A stretch of 64,000 nucleotides of DNA, from assembly GCA_026004595.1 (NCBI GenBank), contig BPJL01000007.1:12460-76459 (forward strand), read 5' to 3'. Numbering within the stretch: the stretch's first letter is position 1; each line of letters opens with the position of its first letter. Under the pieces are notes generated by a model. That model had not been told where the DNA came from, searched no databases, and was given only the letters and a program-made list of their open reading frames with translations. Made by a program: the position numbers and the translations under genes. Source of the DNA: Patescibacteria group bacterium (GTDB lineage: Bacteria > Patescibacteriota > WWE3 > UBA101185 > UBA10185). Shown one piece after another: positions 49,994-59,774 of the stretch.

Positions 49994-51606
49994 TGATGCT
50001 GTATGTTTAACTTATCGTAAAAGTCCTGGGGTAAATCTGGTAGTTCTACATCTTCGTAAACGGGATTGTCTGGTATGTTAGTCTTGTCGTTAACAACTTT
50101 TACTGTCCCTTTTATATGCAAGTCTCCTATAAAATATTCTTCCTCATTGTCTGCATAAAATATGTACAGTGTTCCCTTCTTTTCTATTACCGGGTGATTA
50201 AGTGTTATTAAAAACCTTGTTCCCTCTTTCGAAGAAAAGGCTATTATCTTCTCTGGGGGTTCTTCGTAGTAGTAAACTGGATTAAGCAGGTTAAGTGAAA
50301 AGTAAACTCCATTTTTATCCATATAGATACTGTCTCTTGCTCTTACCATAATTCTTTTTGAGTAGTTTTTCTCTAACAGCTCCTGATCAATCTTTGTTTC
50401 TATTTCTCCCTCTGGCATCTCTCCAAAGATATCAACGATTGATCTGTCGATATGCTTTCTGATGTTTTCATCATAATGATAAAGCTTTAATAGTGTTACC
50501 AGATCAGATGTTTCGGCTTTATCATTTTTTTCTTTCCATTTCTCACGACTGGAAAGCCTGTACTTTTCAAGAAAGCTTTCTCCCTCGTCTATCACTGAAG
50601 GAAATTTCCTTAAGAGTGGCTCAGACTTTTCTATTATTGCCACTATTGCTGCTCCGAGTAGTTTGTTTTCCTCATACCTTTCATACCAGTCGTATAGAAA
50701 CGAAGCACTGTCGATTGAAATCTTTTTCTTGAAACTGAGAACAAAGTCTCCTCTTGATGTTACCATATTATCATTTATCATGTTTCTCTTCTTTAGTCTC
50801 TTTAGAGACTTTAAGCAGTAGTATTCATCAAACACTGTTTTCGGGTCTATTTTAGTCTTAAACAACTCCAGTATTCTAATGTCATGTGATTTTACTACCT
50901 CTTTCTTTTTCAGATAAACAATCTTTTTGTAAAAGTCTTTGGGCATCATTCTGTAGCAGAAGCCTTTCGTTAGTATCGCTGCTCTGCTTTTTATCGAAAC
51001 TCTACAGGCTATTCTGTTAAACTGATAGACGCTACCCGTGTCGGAAACGTTAATTTCGTTTTCCAGCATAAGATCAAACAGTCCCGTTACTGATTCTAAT
51101 TCAACGTTTTCCAAGAAGTCAGTTGAAACAACAAGTTTAAACTTTTCACTGTCCTGTTTAAGTATTTCAAGAGTTATTGATATTGGTGTTTTTATGCTTA
51201 TAAAGTGACTTGTTAAGTCCTTAAACTTTGGAAACACCATTTCGCTTGGAACGATAACAAGCCATAGTTCACCCGGTTTCCCCCTTTCTTCAATAAACCT
51301 TTTTATGGTATCAATGGAATCCCTGAAAATAATATCGTTCTCTGTAGAAAAATAGTACCTGTCATGATAGATCATCTCTATGTTTTTTTTCACACTTGGT
51401 TTCACCTTGTTCAAATTAACTCCCCTTGACTTAAGTAGTTTTATTACCATTTCACCATCAGCTGTTTTTAGCAGGTTATCAGTGTAAGTGTACTCATTGT
51501 CAACTGAGTCTGATAGTATTTTCTCCTTGAGTCTATCAACCGATATTGATCCTTCAACACCTAAAGCCTTTTTCAGCAAAACTACTGTTTCACTTGGTTC
51601 TATCAT
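49987..51606 (-). CDS. degenerate DEAH/RHA-helicase-like protein (RecA2 plus HA2-like region; catalytic motifs lost)
   Basis: LWLVIVPS, KLVVSTDFLE..VTGLFD, SRAAILTKGFCYRM, VTSRG and SDLVTLLKLY align by eye to DEAH motifs IV, V, VI and HA2; no GKT or DEAH. Confidence 0.55.
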   Translation of the reverse strand: MIEPSETVVLLKKALGVEGSISVDRLKEKILSDSVDNEYTYTDNLLKTADGEMVIKLLKSRGVNLNKVKPSVKKNIEMIYHDRYYFSTENDIIFRDSIDTIKRFIEERGKPGELWLVIVPSEMVFPKFKDLTSHFISIKTPISITLEILKQDSEKFKLVVSTDFLENVELESVTGLFDLMLENEINVSDTGSVYQFNRIACRVSIKSRAAILTKGFCYRMMPKDFYKKIVYLKKKEVVKSHDIRILELFKTKIDPKTVFDEYYCLKSLKRLKKRNMINDNMVTSRGDFVLSFKKKISIDSASFLYDWYERYEENKLLGAAIVAIIEKSEPLLRKFPSVIDEGESFLEKYRLSSREKWKEKNDKAETSDLVTLLKLYHYDENIRKHIDRSIVDIFGEMPEGEIETKIDQELLEKNYSKRIMVRARDSIYMDKNGVYFSLNLLNPVYYYEEPPEKIIAFSSKEGTRFLITLNHPVIEKKGTLYIFYADNEEEYFIGDLHIKGTVKVVNDKTNIPDNPVYEDVELPDLPQDFYDKLNIQHQP

Positions 51607-52400
51607 CTTTGACTAACACTGTCTAGCAGACCTTTTTCAGTTATTCTTAGTCTTTCGTAGTTGTTTTTTATCAACTCACGTACGTCACCCGTAAAGTCGT
51701 CTTCAATTAGTTTTAACTTTTTACAAAAGTCAACAAAACGCTTATCTCTTTTGGCAAGGTTAAGAAGGATTGACACTAGGCTATAGTTGTAACACCATTC
51801 ACAAGGGTACCCGGAAAGCATTCTGTCTACCAGGTTTCCAGTCGGGTTCTCATAGAAACCAACGTATCTTGTATTATCAAAAGTCAAACAAGAGTCTTCG
51901 TTGGGAATTAACACTGGTTTATCATTGATAAACATAACCTCTTCTATCACTGGGTAATTTAACTTTTTTAGCATTCCGACTATTTTAGACGTGATGTTTT
52001 CGGGTCTGTCTTTACTGGTGTTTTCTGTTTTTCTGTTTATCAGGAAAAGGTCATTTTTGCAAACCCATGCAAAGACAAAGTCAGTGATAAGATCCGAGCA
52101 AGAAAGCAACGTTGATATAACGGCTCTGTGCTCAAGTGGTGTATTCATAGCCCTAAAGAACAAAGTTTCATTAAAACTGTCCAAGATGTAATTTGAAAAA
52201 CATCTGTATGGATACTTTGTAACTGTGTATCCCTCGTTTGATTTTATCATAAAGTCTTTGAAAAGGTATGAAGCCCTTAAACAACCACTACAAAGAGAGT
52301 GACTTCTTGAACAGCAGGTCGATGTGGGAAAAATGGATTTAAGTGGATTCATATCACAACTCACATTCTTATGTAATAAATAAAATTTATTTTTGTCCAT
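51603..52400 (-). CDS. hypothetical protein
   Basis: 265-aa ORF with a Cys cluster (CC..CSGC); no confident family. Confidence 0.7.
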   Translation of the reverse strand: MDKNKFYLLHKNVSCDMNPLKSIFPTSTCCSRSHSLCSGCLRASYLFKDFMIKSNEGYTVTKYPYRCFSNYILDSFNETLFFRAMNTPLEHRAVISTLLSCSDLITDFVFAWVCKNDLFLINRKTENTSKDRPENITSKIVGMLKKLNYPVIEEVMFINDKPVLIPNEDSCLTFDNTRYVGFYENPTGNLVDRMLSGYPCEWCYNYSLVSILLNLAKRDKRFVDFCKKLKLIEDDFTGDVRELIKNNYERLRITEKGLLDSVSQR

Positions 52401-52421
52401 TTACTATACAAATAATAAAAA

Positions 52422-54845
52422 ATGACTTCACAATATGAGAAACTGTTCATCAATATCCCCCAGGGTAAAATTAGATATTCCATTGTTAATCTTCCTGTAC
52501 CAAAAAGACTGATGGTTGCCAAGGCTGAAAAGAAAAACAGAATAGAACACTATGACCCGTCTAGTGGGACGGTTGATAGTCTGGTCTTTGGGACTACGGT
52601 CGATGAGTTCGACTGTGATACCTGTAAACTAAACAGGCTATGGTGCCCGGGACACCTTGGTTACATAGACCTTTCAAAGTTCCCGGTTATAAACCCAAAA
52701 CTTAGAAAAAAGTTGGCCAAAATACTTAACTGTTTCTGTGTTGAAACCGGCGAACCAAAGTTTGATACCAACCGCTACAACCTGTTTTTGCATCTAAAGT
52801 TTCTTAACGAAAAGTATAAGGGTGCTAAGTGTCACGAGGGCCACGAAAGAGTCATTTTTGTTGTTACCAAACAGAATAGAAAGAACGTTATTTTTAAATA
52901 TGTTGGAAAAAACACTGAAAAGGTTTCAGTTTCACCAATGGAAATCATAAAGTACCTTGATAGAATAGACAGCAGATACAAAATCAAGCCGTTGAACAGG
53001 GCTCTTGTTATAAAGAGATTACCAGTTATTCCTCCTTGTGTTCGCTACTACGGTGTCTTTAACGGTGATAAAAAAATTGCTCATCCAATAACAAGACATT
53101 ACAACGGAATACTCCAGAGAATAGAAAGGCTAAAGTCAAGTCGTGTTGACAGGGAATCAAACGCAAGAAATGACATATTTTCTCTTGTATCAGAGCTTTT
53201 TAACGAGATAGAGAATGAACTAAAAAACAAAAAGGGATACATAAGAGCATCAGTCATGGGTAAAAGGGTAAACTTTAGTGGCAGAACAGTGCTCGGTCCC
53301 TATAACAGGTTAGACTTTGGAATGATAATGATACCAAAGCTAATGAAGTACGTTCATACGATTCCAATAACGGTTACAACTTTTAATCAGAATGTTATGA
53401 GAGAGTTTCTCAGAAGAAGAATGGTAAAAACTGTTATTCTTGGTGACAGACAGGTGTTAAAGGGTGTTACAATAAAGCCCGATAGCAACTATACACCGTT
53501 ACCCGGAGACGTGCTTGAAATTTATGGTAGACAGGGAGACGAGGTGATTTTTAACCGTCAACCAACCCTTGATAAGCAGTCCATTATGGGTTATAGAGTA
53601 CAGTACCTTGATGACTACTACTGCTTTGGTCTTCACTCTTCTTACACTACACCTCATAACGCTGATTTTGACGGCGACGAGGGTAACCTGCATAAGATTC
53701 AAAACGTTGAAGCCCGTGCTGAAGTGAGACACATTGTTTCCGTTGAAAACTGTCTTATGAACCCAAAGACTAACCGTCCAGCTTTCGGACTAGTTTACAA
53801 CTGCATTTCAGCCGGTTATCTGATATCAGAAGCAGAAATTGATAAAAAGTGGTTTATAAGTTTAGCAGAAAAACTGGGGTTACTTGAGGATAAAAGACTA
53901 AATAGATGGTTAGAAGAGAAAAGAAAGTTAACCGGAAAGGAACTTTTCAGTCTCTGTTTACCAGACGACTTTAACTATAGCAACAGATCAGTAGTGATAA
54001 TAAACGGTGTTTTTACGTCTGGTAGACTAACCTCATCACACTTAGCCCCAACGGAACACTCAATTTTGCATCGTATCTATAAAACACGCGGAAAAAAAGA
54101 TGCTGTTAGGTTTCTTACCCTTGGGCAACGTATACTAGACGAGTTTCTTGGATACTATGGTCTTTCGATAGGCATTTCCAGTCTGGTGCCAAAGAAACTT
54201 AGTATAATCAAGAAGCTTGTTGAGAACGTGATTCAGAAAACCATATTTAATATAAAGGCTATACCAGAGGGGTCTATAAACAGAGAGAACAAAATCTGTA
54301 ACGCGCTTAACACAGTTACAAGAATAGGAATACAGATAAGCAAAAACGTACTTAAACCAGAAAACCCTCTTAACGTAATGTCACTCTCGGGCGCGAAGGG
54401 AAAAGAAGCAAACACTGCTCAAATAATTGGAAGTCTGGGTCAACAGTACATTTTTGGATCAAGACCGGAGAAGACGTTAACACTAAAAACAAGGTGCCTT
54501 CCGTACTTTGAACCGAACAGCCCTGATCACGACATAGAATCAAGGGGCTTTGTAAAAGAGTCGTTTATGGAAGGAGCTGACCCTCCAGGGTTTATCTTTC
54601 ACATGATGGCTTCAAGGGTTGGTCTTATCGACTCAGCGATAAAGACTGGAGACATTGGCTACTCTCACAGAAAGCTTGTTAAGTCGTTAGAAAACCTTGT
54701 GCTTGAATACGACGGAACAGTGAGGGATAACAGAGGTAACATTTTCAATTTCTCATATACAGACGGGTTCTACGCTGGAGAGCTGTTAACCGTTAGCAGC
54801 GCACAGTTAACAACACTCTGTTTTGTTTACCCGAAAGAATTTTGA
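52422..54845 (+). CDS. rpb1: RNA polymerase largest subunit, N-terminal half (RPB1-N / A'-like), paralog 1
   Basis: CDTC..CPGHLG, LPVIPPCVR, KKGYIR..MGKRVNFSGRTV, FNRQPTL, HNADFDGDE, SGAKG, QQ..G.R, SRGFV, bridge helix R.GLIDSAIKT..GY, ending after YDGTVR. Confidence 0.95.
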   Translation: MTSQYEKLFINIPQGKIRYSIVNLPVPKRLMVAKAEKKNRIEHYDPSSGTVDSLVFGTTVDEFDCDTCKLNRLWCPGHLGYIDLSKFPVINPKLRKKLAKILNCFCVETGEPKFDTNRYNLFLHLKFLNEKYKGAKCHEGHERVIFVVTKQNRKNVIFKYVGKNTEKVSVSPMEIIKYLDRIDSRYKIKPLNRALVIKRLPVIPPCVRYYGVFNGDKKIAHPITRHYNGILQRIERLKSSRVDRESNARNDIFSLVSELFNEIENELKNKKGYIRASVMGKRVNFSGRTVLGPYNRLDFGMIMIPKLMKYVHTIPITVTTFNQNVMREFLRRRMVKTVILGDRQVLKGVTIKPDSNYTPLPGDVLEIYGRQGDEVIFNRQPTLDKQSIMGYRVQYLDDYYCFGLHSSYTTPHNADFDGDEGNLHKIQNVEARAEVRHIVSVENCLMNPKTNRPAFGLVYNCISAGYLISEAEIDKKWFISLAEKLGLLEDKRLNRWLEEKRKLTGKELFSLCLPDDFNYSNRSVVIINGVFTSGRLTSSHLAPTEHSILHRIYKTRGKKDAVRFLTLGQRILDEFLGYYGLSIGISSLVPKKLSIIKKLVENVIQKTIFNIKAIPEGSINRENKICNALNTVTRIGIQISKNVLKPENPLNVMSLSGAKGKEANTAQIIGSLGQQYIFGSRPEKTLTLKTRCLPYFEPNSPDHDIESRGFVKESFMEGADPPGFIFHMMASRVGLIDSAIKTGDIGYSHRKLVKSLENLVLEYDGTVRDNRGNIFNFSYTDGFYAGELLTVSSAQLTTLCFVYPKEF

Positions 54846-54857
54846 GCGAAGCTCGTT

Positions 54858-55076
54858 CTAGCATTCGAGTTCAGACTTGATAACAAAAATCAAAACCATA
54901 CCAGTAAAATAAAGCCAGTTATAGATAAGCCTTTTACAGACATTATAGTTACTAAGGATAAAAAAGAAAAATATAATCTCGTAGATAATAGACATGATAA
55001 TAAACCTTATCAGATTGATGCTGTTTAGCATGATTCCACTAAACATTCCAGCGCAGAAGGAAAGGATGATAAACAT
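54858..55076 (-). CDS. small multi-pass membrane protein
   Basis: 72 aa, almost entirely hydrophobic; lies between the two RPB1-N paralogs. Confidence 0.6.
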   Translation of the reverse strand: MFIILSFCAGMFSGIMLNSINLIRFIIMSIIYEIIFFFFILSNYNVCKRLIYNWLYFTGMVLIFVIKSELEC

Positions 55077-55108
55077 TTGAATATACGCAGATTAGTTTAT
55101 TTAATCAA

Positions 55109-57496
55109 ATGTACAGACATAGTTTTGATGAAATCAAACACGGAAAGATAAAGGCTGTTAGTGTTAGTCTCTTGAGCCACGAGGAGCTTAGTAGTTTAAA
55201 GCTTGTGGTATGCAACAACCCTGAGTACGAGGGGTTAAACAGTCCCAACGATCCAAGGCTTGGTACTGTTGAACCGGGGTCACTGTGCTATAGCTGTCAT
55301 CAGACGCCGTTTTTCTGTCCCGGTCACCTTGGCATGATAGAGTTAAACGAATGGTTTATACACCCTAAACTTACTGACGTTGCGATAAAGATTCTGATGT
55401 CAATCTGTAACTCATGTGCTTCACTGCTTATACCACCTGAAGTGATTGACAAGCTTGACTTGTCTAGCATGTCTTTCCAAGCTAGACTAAGAGAAATAGC
55501 TAACATGTCAGTTAAGATAAAGAGGTGCACTAACAAAAGCGTTGACCCGCTAGGAATAAAAAGACCGTGCTTGCCTAACCCAAAGTTTTTCCCGTTGGAA
55601 TCAAAGGGCTTACACGTGGTGATCTGTGAGTACAAAAACGGTGTTAAGTTAGAGAAAAAGGTAAAAGACATTTACGATCTTTTTTCCAGAATGGACGAAA
55701 GGTCTATAAGGGCGTTGGGTTTCACGGGTAAAACTCACCCAAAGGACCTTATCATAAGGTCTTTCCCCGTTATTCCTCCTAGAGCAATACCACGTATGTA
55801 CAGGGACGACAAAATACTCTATGATCACATAACCTCTGCTTACGTGGACATAATAAGACAGAATAACCTGCTTAAAACGATGTTACAGAAGCAAGTAGAT
55901 CACACTGACATTGATATAAAAAGAGTAACTAGAAACATCTATTTTTATATGTCACATCTGATAGACAATAACGACAAAAAGTACACCAGATCAAGGGAAG
56001 AACCGATACAGTCTTTAGTGGAAAGACTAACGAACAAAGATGGGTTAATAAGGTCAAGTGTAATGGGTAAAAGGGTGAACTTTGTTTCACGGGCTGTACT
56101 GGGACCGTATAACAAAGTTGAGTTCGGTAAAATTGTTTGTCCTTCTGTTTTGAAAAGGTATCACACGTTGCCAATAGCTGTCTGTAAGTTTAACATTGGT
56201 TATCTGAACAGACTGTACAGAAGTGGAAAGGTAGTCAACCTAATTTTACCCAACGGGAACATTTATGAGATAAACAATAACACTAGAGATAAACACAAAC
56301 TTACTATAGGTGCAACGGTTGAGGTGGAGGGGAAAAATGGAGACGAGGTGATTTTTAACCGTCAGCCTACCCTTGACAAGCAGTCCATTATGGGTTATAG
56401 AGTACAGTACCTTGATGACTACTACTGCTTTGGTCTTCACTCTTCTTACACTACACCTCATAACGCTGACTTTGATGGTGACGAGGGTAACCTACACAAA
56501 ATTCAAAACGTTGAAGCACGTGCTGAAATAAGACACATTGTTTCCGTTGAGAACTGTCTTATGAACCCAAAGACCAACAGTCCGACTTTTGGTTTGGTTT
56601 ACAACTGTGTTTCGGCTGCTTACCTTTTATCAAAGACTAACCCTGACCTCTTTTCTGTATTATTACCTGAAGACTTCTGTTACAAAAAGGGTGATCTGGT
56701 TATAAAAAACGGTAAAATAGTATCAGGCTATATCACGAAGGAGCACATTGGCACTTCAGACGGGTCGATAATGCAAAGGCTATACAAGGAGTACGGTAAG
56801 AAAAGGGCTGTTAAGTTTCTTACAGAGGGACAGATACTGCTTGATCAGTTCCTAATGTATTATGGTCTCTCGGTTGGTTACTCTTCAATAATACCAAAGA
56901 ACGCCTCTTTGATAGAAAAGCTAATAGACAATATGATAGACAAAGCCAAAATGAGAATAGTAGCAATCAAAGACGAAACGAAAATACTGAACAGCCTTAA
57001 CATGGTATCCAGAATAGGACAACGTATTTCGCTTAAAGCCCTTGATGAACTTTCACCACTCAATGTTATGTGCAGATCTGGTGCTAAAGGAAAAGAGGTT
57101 AACATAGCACAGATAATAGGCTGTTTGGGTCAACAGTACATTTTCGGATCAAGGCCGGAGAAAAGCTTCACACTTGGTTCAAGGTGTCTTTCTTACTTTG
57201 AGCCCCACTCCGAAGAAATAGAATCAAGAGGATTTGTGAGAAACTCGTTTGAAAAGGGGTTAGACGTTACCGAGTTTATTTTTCACATGATGGCATCAAG
57301 GGTTGGTTTGATGGACTCCGCGTTAAAAACAGCTGACATTGGTCATCTTCATCACAAGATTGTTAAGTCAATGGAGGACATAGTATTAGAGTACGACGGT
57401 ACAGCAAGAAACTGTAACGGTATTGTGATAGACTTTATGTACGGGTTTTACAGTTCAGAATTAACCAGGCGAAATGGTCTACTTACGTTTTTCTAG
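55109..57496 (+). CDS. rpb1: RNA polymerase largest subunit, N-terminal half (RPB1-N / A'-like), paralog 2
   Basis: DPRLG..CYSC..CPGHLG, CNSC, PVIPP, KDGLIR..MGKRVNF, FNRQPTL, HNADFDGDE, SGAKG, R.GLMDSALKT, YDGTAR. Confidence 0.95.
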   Translation: MYRHSFDEIKHGKIKAVSVSLLSHEELSSLKLVVCNNPEYEGLNSPNDPRLGTVEPGSLCYSCHQTPFFCPGHLGMIELNEWFIHPKLTDVAIKILMSICNSCASLLIPPEVIDKLDLSSMSFQARLREIANMSVKIKRCTNKSVDPLGIKRPCLPNPKFFPLESKGLHVVICEYKNGVKLEKKVKDIYDLFSRMDERSIRALGFTGKTHPKDLIIRSFPVIPPRAIPRMYRDDKILYDHITSAYVDIIRQNNLLKTMLQKQVDHTDIDIKRVTRNIYFYMSHLIDNNDKKYTRSREEPIQSLVERLTNKDGLIRSSVMGKRVNFVSRAVLGPYNKVEFGKIVCPSVLKRYHTLPIAVCKFNIGYLNRLYRSGKVVNLILPNGNIYEINNNTRDKHKLTIGATVEVEGKNGDEVIFNRQPTLDKQSIMGYRVQYLDDYYCFGLHSSYTTPHNADFDGDEGNLHKIQNVEARAEIRHIVSVENCLMNPKTNSPTFGLVYNCVSAAYLLSKTNPDLFSVLLPEDFCYKKGDLVIKNGKIVSGYITKEHIGTSDGSIMQRLYKEYGKKRAVKFLTEGQILLDQFLMYYGLSVGYSSIIPKNASLIEKLIDNMIDKAKMRIVAIKDETKILNSLNMVSRIGQRISLKALDELSPLNVMCRSGAKGKEVNIAQIIGCLGQQYIFGSRPEKSFTLGSRCLSYFEPHSEEIESRGFVRNSFEKGLDVTEFIFHMMASRVGLMDSALKTADIGHLHHKIVKSMEDIVLEYDGTARNCNGIVIDFMYGFYSSELTRRNGLLTFF

Positions 57497-59102
57497 TGAA
57501 AAAAAGTCTTATTTCTTCTCTAACGGCGATAAACTCATCTTTTCTTTCTTTTTTAACAACAATGTTTTCTTTATCAGTCTTTTTTACTTTTCCCACAGCT
57601 TTTATTAAAAGTAAAGGGTTAATAAAGGGTATTAAGGGAACCTGGTGAAAGTCATTATGCCTTGCCTCGTTCTCTATCTGAAAGTTTATTGGGGCGAACG
57701 GTTCAAGCTTTCCTCCCGGTTCTATCAGAGGTGCTAACTTTCCGATAATACTGCTGTGAGAAGGCGGTATTACTGCGACGAGTTGATGTGGTATTTCCAG
57801 TTTTACATCAGGAAAGTCAAACTCTGGTTCACCACAATGATGATAAAGGTCTCTTATAAGTGGTGCTCTGTAGTAGCTGTAGACAAAACCGTCTGTCCCC
57901 CTTCCAGAGTAGTAACTCATAACCCATTGAAGGCCGTAAAGGTACAGTTTAGACATACGTTCTATGTCGTCAGCGTCTGGCTCCGTCGGAGAACAGATGA
58001 CTTTGCCGGTTGACGTTTTTGGTTCCTGTTCCTTTAGGTACCAGTGCTTGCGAAAAGTTTCATAGTTTTCAACGAGGTAAAGTAGCTCTGAACCGAACCT
58101 AAAGTTTATTTTTGACTTTTTTATCAAAAGTTCATGTTCGTGAGAGGACATCACCCTAAGTAGACTTTTAAGCGACCTCCAGTTAATTTTATAGTTTTCA
58201 ATGTTAACTAGTGGCCTTGTGCATATCTTTTTAACAAAAACAGCATTGTAGAGACAGATTAGGTAAGAAACTGAAGTCTCAACGTCAGTAAAGGCAAAAA
58301 GTTTTGGTAGAAAATCATTACCCAAAAAGGTTATCAGTAAAACAAAGTCTGCTACTATGTTTTCTTTAGTTAGGTTAGTGCCACTTCCCATCTTTTCAGC
58401 GAGGTAGTCTGTGAACTGCTTAATGCTGATAAAACCGTCTACTGATTCCTGGGAAACAACTATTTTGTCTCTAAAGGGGCTTAAAAGTGACAGTATGTTT
58501 AGATCACTGTCCTTAGAAAATATAATATGATAGCCATTTCCATCCTCTATTTCACCTTTTCTTATCAAGTCTATGATCTTATGTTCGCCTTCTCCCTTTA
58601 CAGCATAAGACGAATAAATAACCTTTTCACATGGGAAATCACTGCTTCTTATCCAGTCAACTATCTTTTTGTCTATGCTTTTCATAAGTTCTGTACCGGG
58701 TGTTATCTCAATCGGCGAGACCACTGTCGTGTCTTTTAGTGATGCTATGTACCTTCTAGTCCTTTGCTGTGTTATCTTTGCAAAGGGAGCCACACCGTCA
58801 ACTGAAATCACTACTGTTTTAGACGGCTTGTATTCGTTGATAAGAAAGTTTAGTATCTCCACTATCACCATTAGCATTTCGTCTATAAGCTGTTTCCTTT
58901 TTATTTTTGCTAATGCCTTTTTTCTGTTTTCGTACTCTTGATCATTAGAAAACAGTGTTCTGTCAGAAGCAGTAACATAGTTCCTAGCAGTGTGAAGTAT
59001 GCCGTTAGCGTCTATCAGTAGACTTAGTACGCTACTACATGTTCTGCTAACATTGACGATTCTAAGTCGTCTAATCCAAAAGTTAAACGTGTCTATACCC
59101 AT
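57483..59102 (-). CDS. XRN-family 5'-3' exoribonuclease
   Basis: LIDANGILH, VDGVAPFAKITQQRTRRY, ITPGT, GEGEHKI, DSDL, GNDFLP, YLYGLQWVMSYY. Confidence 0.93.
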   Translation of the reverse strand: MGIDTFNFWIRRLRIVNVSRTCSSVLSLLIDANGILHTARNYVTASDRTLFSNDQEYENRKKALAKIKRKQLIDEMLMVIVEILNFLINEYKPSKTVVISVDGVAPFAKITQQRTRRYIASLKDTTVVSPIEITPGTELMKSIDKKIVDWIRSSDFPCEKVIYSSYAVKGEGEHKIIDLIRKGEIEDGNGYHIIFSKDSDLNILSLLSPFRDKIVVSQESVDGFISIKQFTDYLAEKMGSGTNLTKENIVADFVLLITFLGNDFLPKLFAFTDVETSVSYLICLYNAVFVKKICTRPLVNIENYKINWRSLKSLLRVMSSHEHELLIKKSKINFRFGSELLYLVENYETFRKHWYLKEQEPKTSTGKVICSPTEPDADDIERMSKLYLYGLQWVMSYYSGRGTDGFVYSYYRAPLIRDLYHHCGEPEFDFPDVKLEIPHQLVAVIPPSHSSIIGKLAPLIEPGGKLEPFAPINFQIENEARHNDFHQVPLIPFINPLLLIKAVGKVKKTDKENIVVKKERKDEFIAVREEIRLFFTRKT

Positions 59103-59138
59103 TTTAAACTGTTTCTTTTATTGTTACTTTTTAATTAA

Positions 59139-59567
59139 ATGGATAAAGAGTTTCAAGGTAGCACTGTTCATACAAAAAGAGATGAGGGAAATAAAATAGC
59201 AACAGTTTCTCAGAAAAAAGATATCAGACAGGTTATCAGTTGGTTAGACGGGAAAGAGGTAAAAGACCCTTTTCTTCTGTATGAAGCTGAAGTCACCGAG
59301 GGGCTAAAAGAGCTTATCAGAAACAGTGAAAACAGGGGAAGGCGAATCATCTTTGACTTACCCTGTTTTGATTCGTGTAGACGTCACTATGAAGAGGAAA
59401 AGAGAAGAATACTTTCCAAAACTAACATGATAACCGGTTTCTACGCCTGTAAGAAGTGTAAAAGCCAGAACACAAGGACAACTATAATACAGATGGCAAG
59501 AGGAGACGAGGCCGATACTCATATCACAGAGTGCTTTAACTGTGGCTACAGGTGGTCAGAAACCTAA
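59139..59567 (+). CDS. transcription elongation factor TFIIS
   Basis: C-terminal Zn ribbon CKKC..QMARGDE..CFNC..W with the acidic DE hairpin. Confidence 0.88.
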   Translation: MDKEFQGSTVHTKRDEGNKIATVSQKKDIRQVISWLDGKEVKDPFLLYEAEVTEGLKELIRNSENRGRRIIFDLPCFDSCRRHYEEEKRRILSKTNMITGFYACKKCKSQNTRTTIIQMARGDEADTHITECFNCGYRWSET

Positions 59568-59761
59568 ATAAAGAAAGAAACTGCTATAGCTCCGATCCCA
59601 AGCAGAAGCATTAAACCAGATGCTATGTATATACCATAGTAAGCATATTCCCAGTTTTTACTTTTGTCTTTACGTTTTTTTACAAAGAACACGTTAACTA
59701 TTAACGCGACTAAAGCCAGTACAATCATTATTGATCCAACTGAAATGATAATGATGTTCAT
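59564..59761 (-). CDS. small two-TM membrane protein
   Basis: Two hydrophobic helices separated by KKRKDKSK; TTAAAATG start. Confidence 0.65.
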   Translation of the reverse strand: MNIIIISVGSIMIVLALVALIVNVFFVKKRKDKSKNWEYAYYGIYIASGLMLLLGIGAIAVSFFI

Positions 59762-59774
59762 TTTAAGTTGTGTT

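Noticed and set aside
54845-55109. Intron or intein joining the two RPB1 ORFs into one gene
   Set aside because: Both ORFs cover the same N-terminal half, so they are paralogs, not exons; no intein termini or homing nuclease lie between them.
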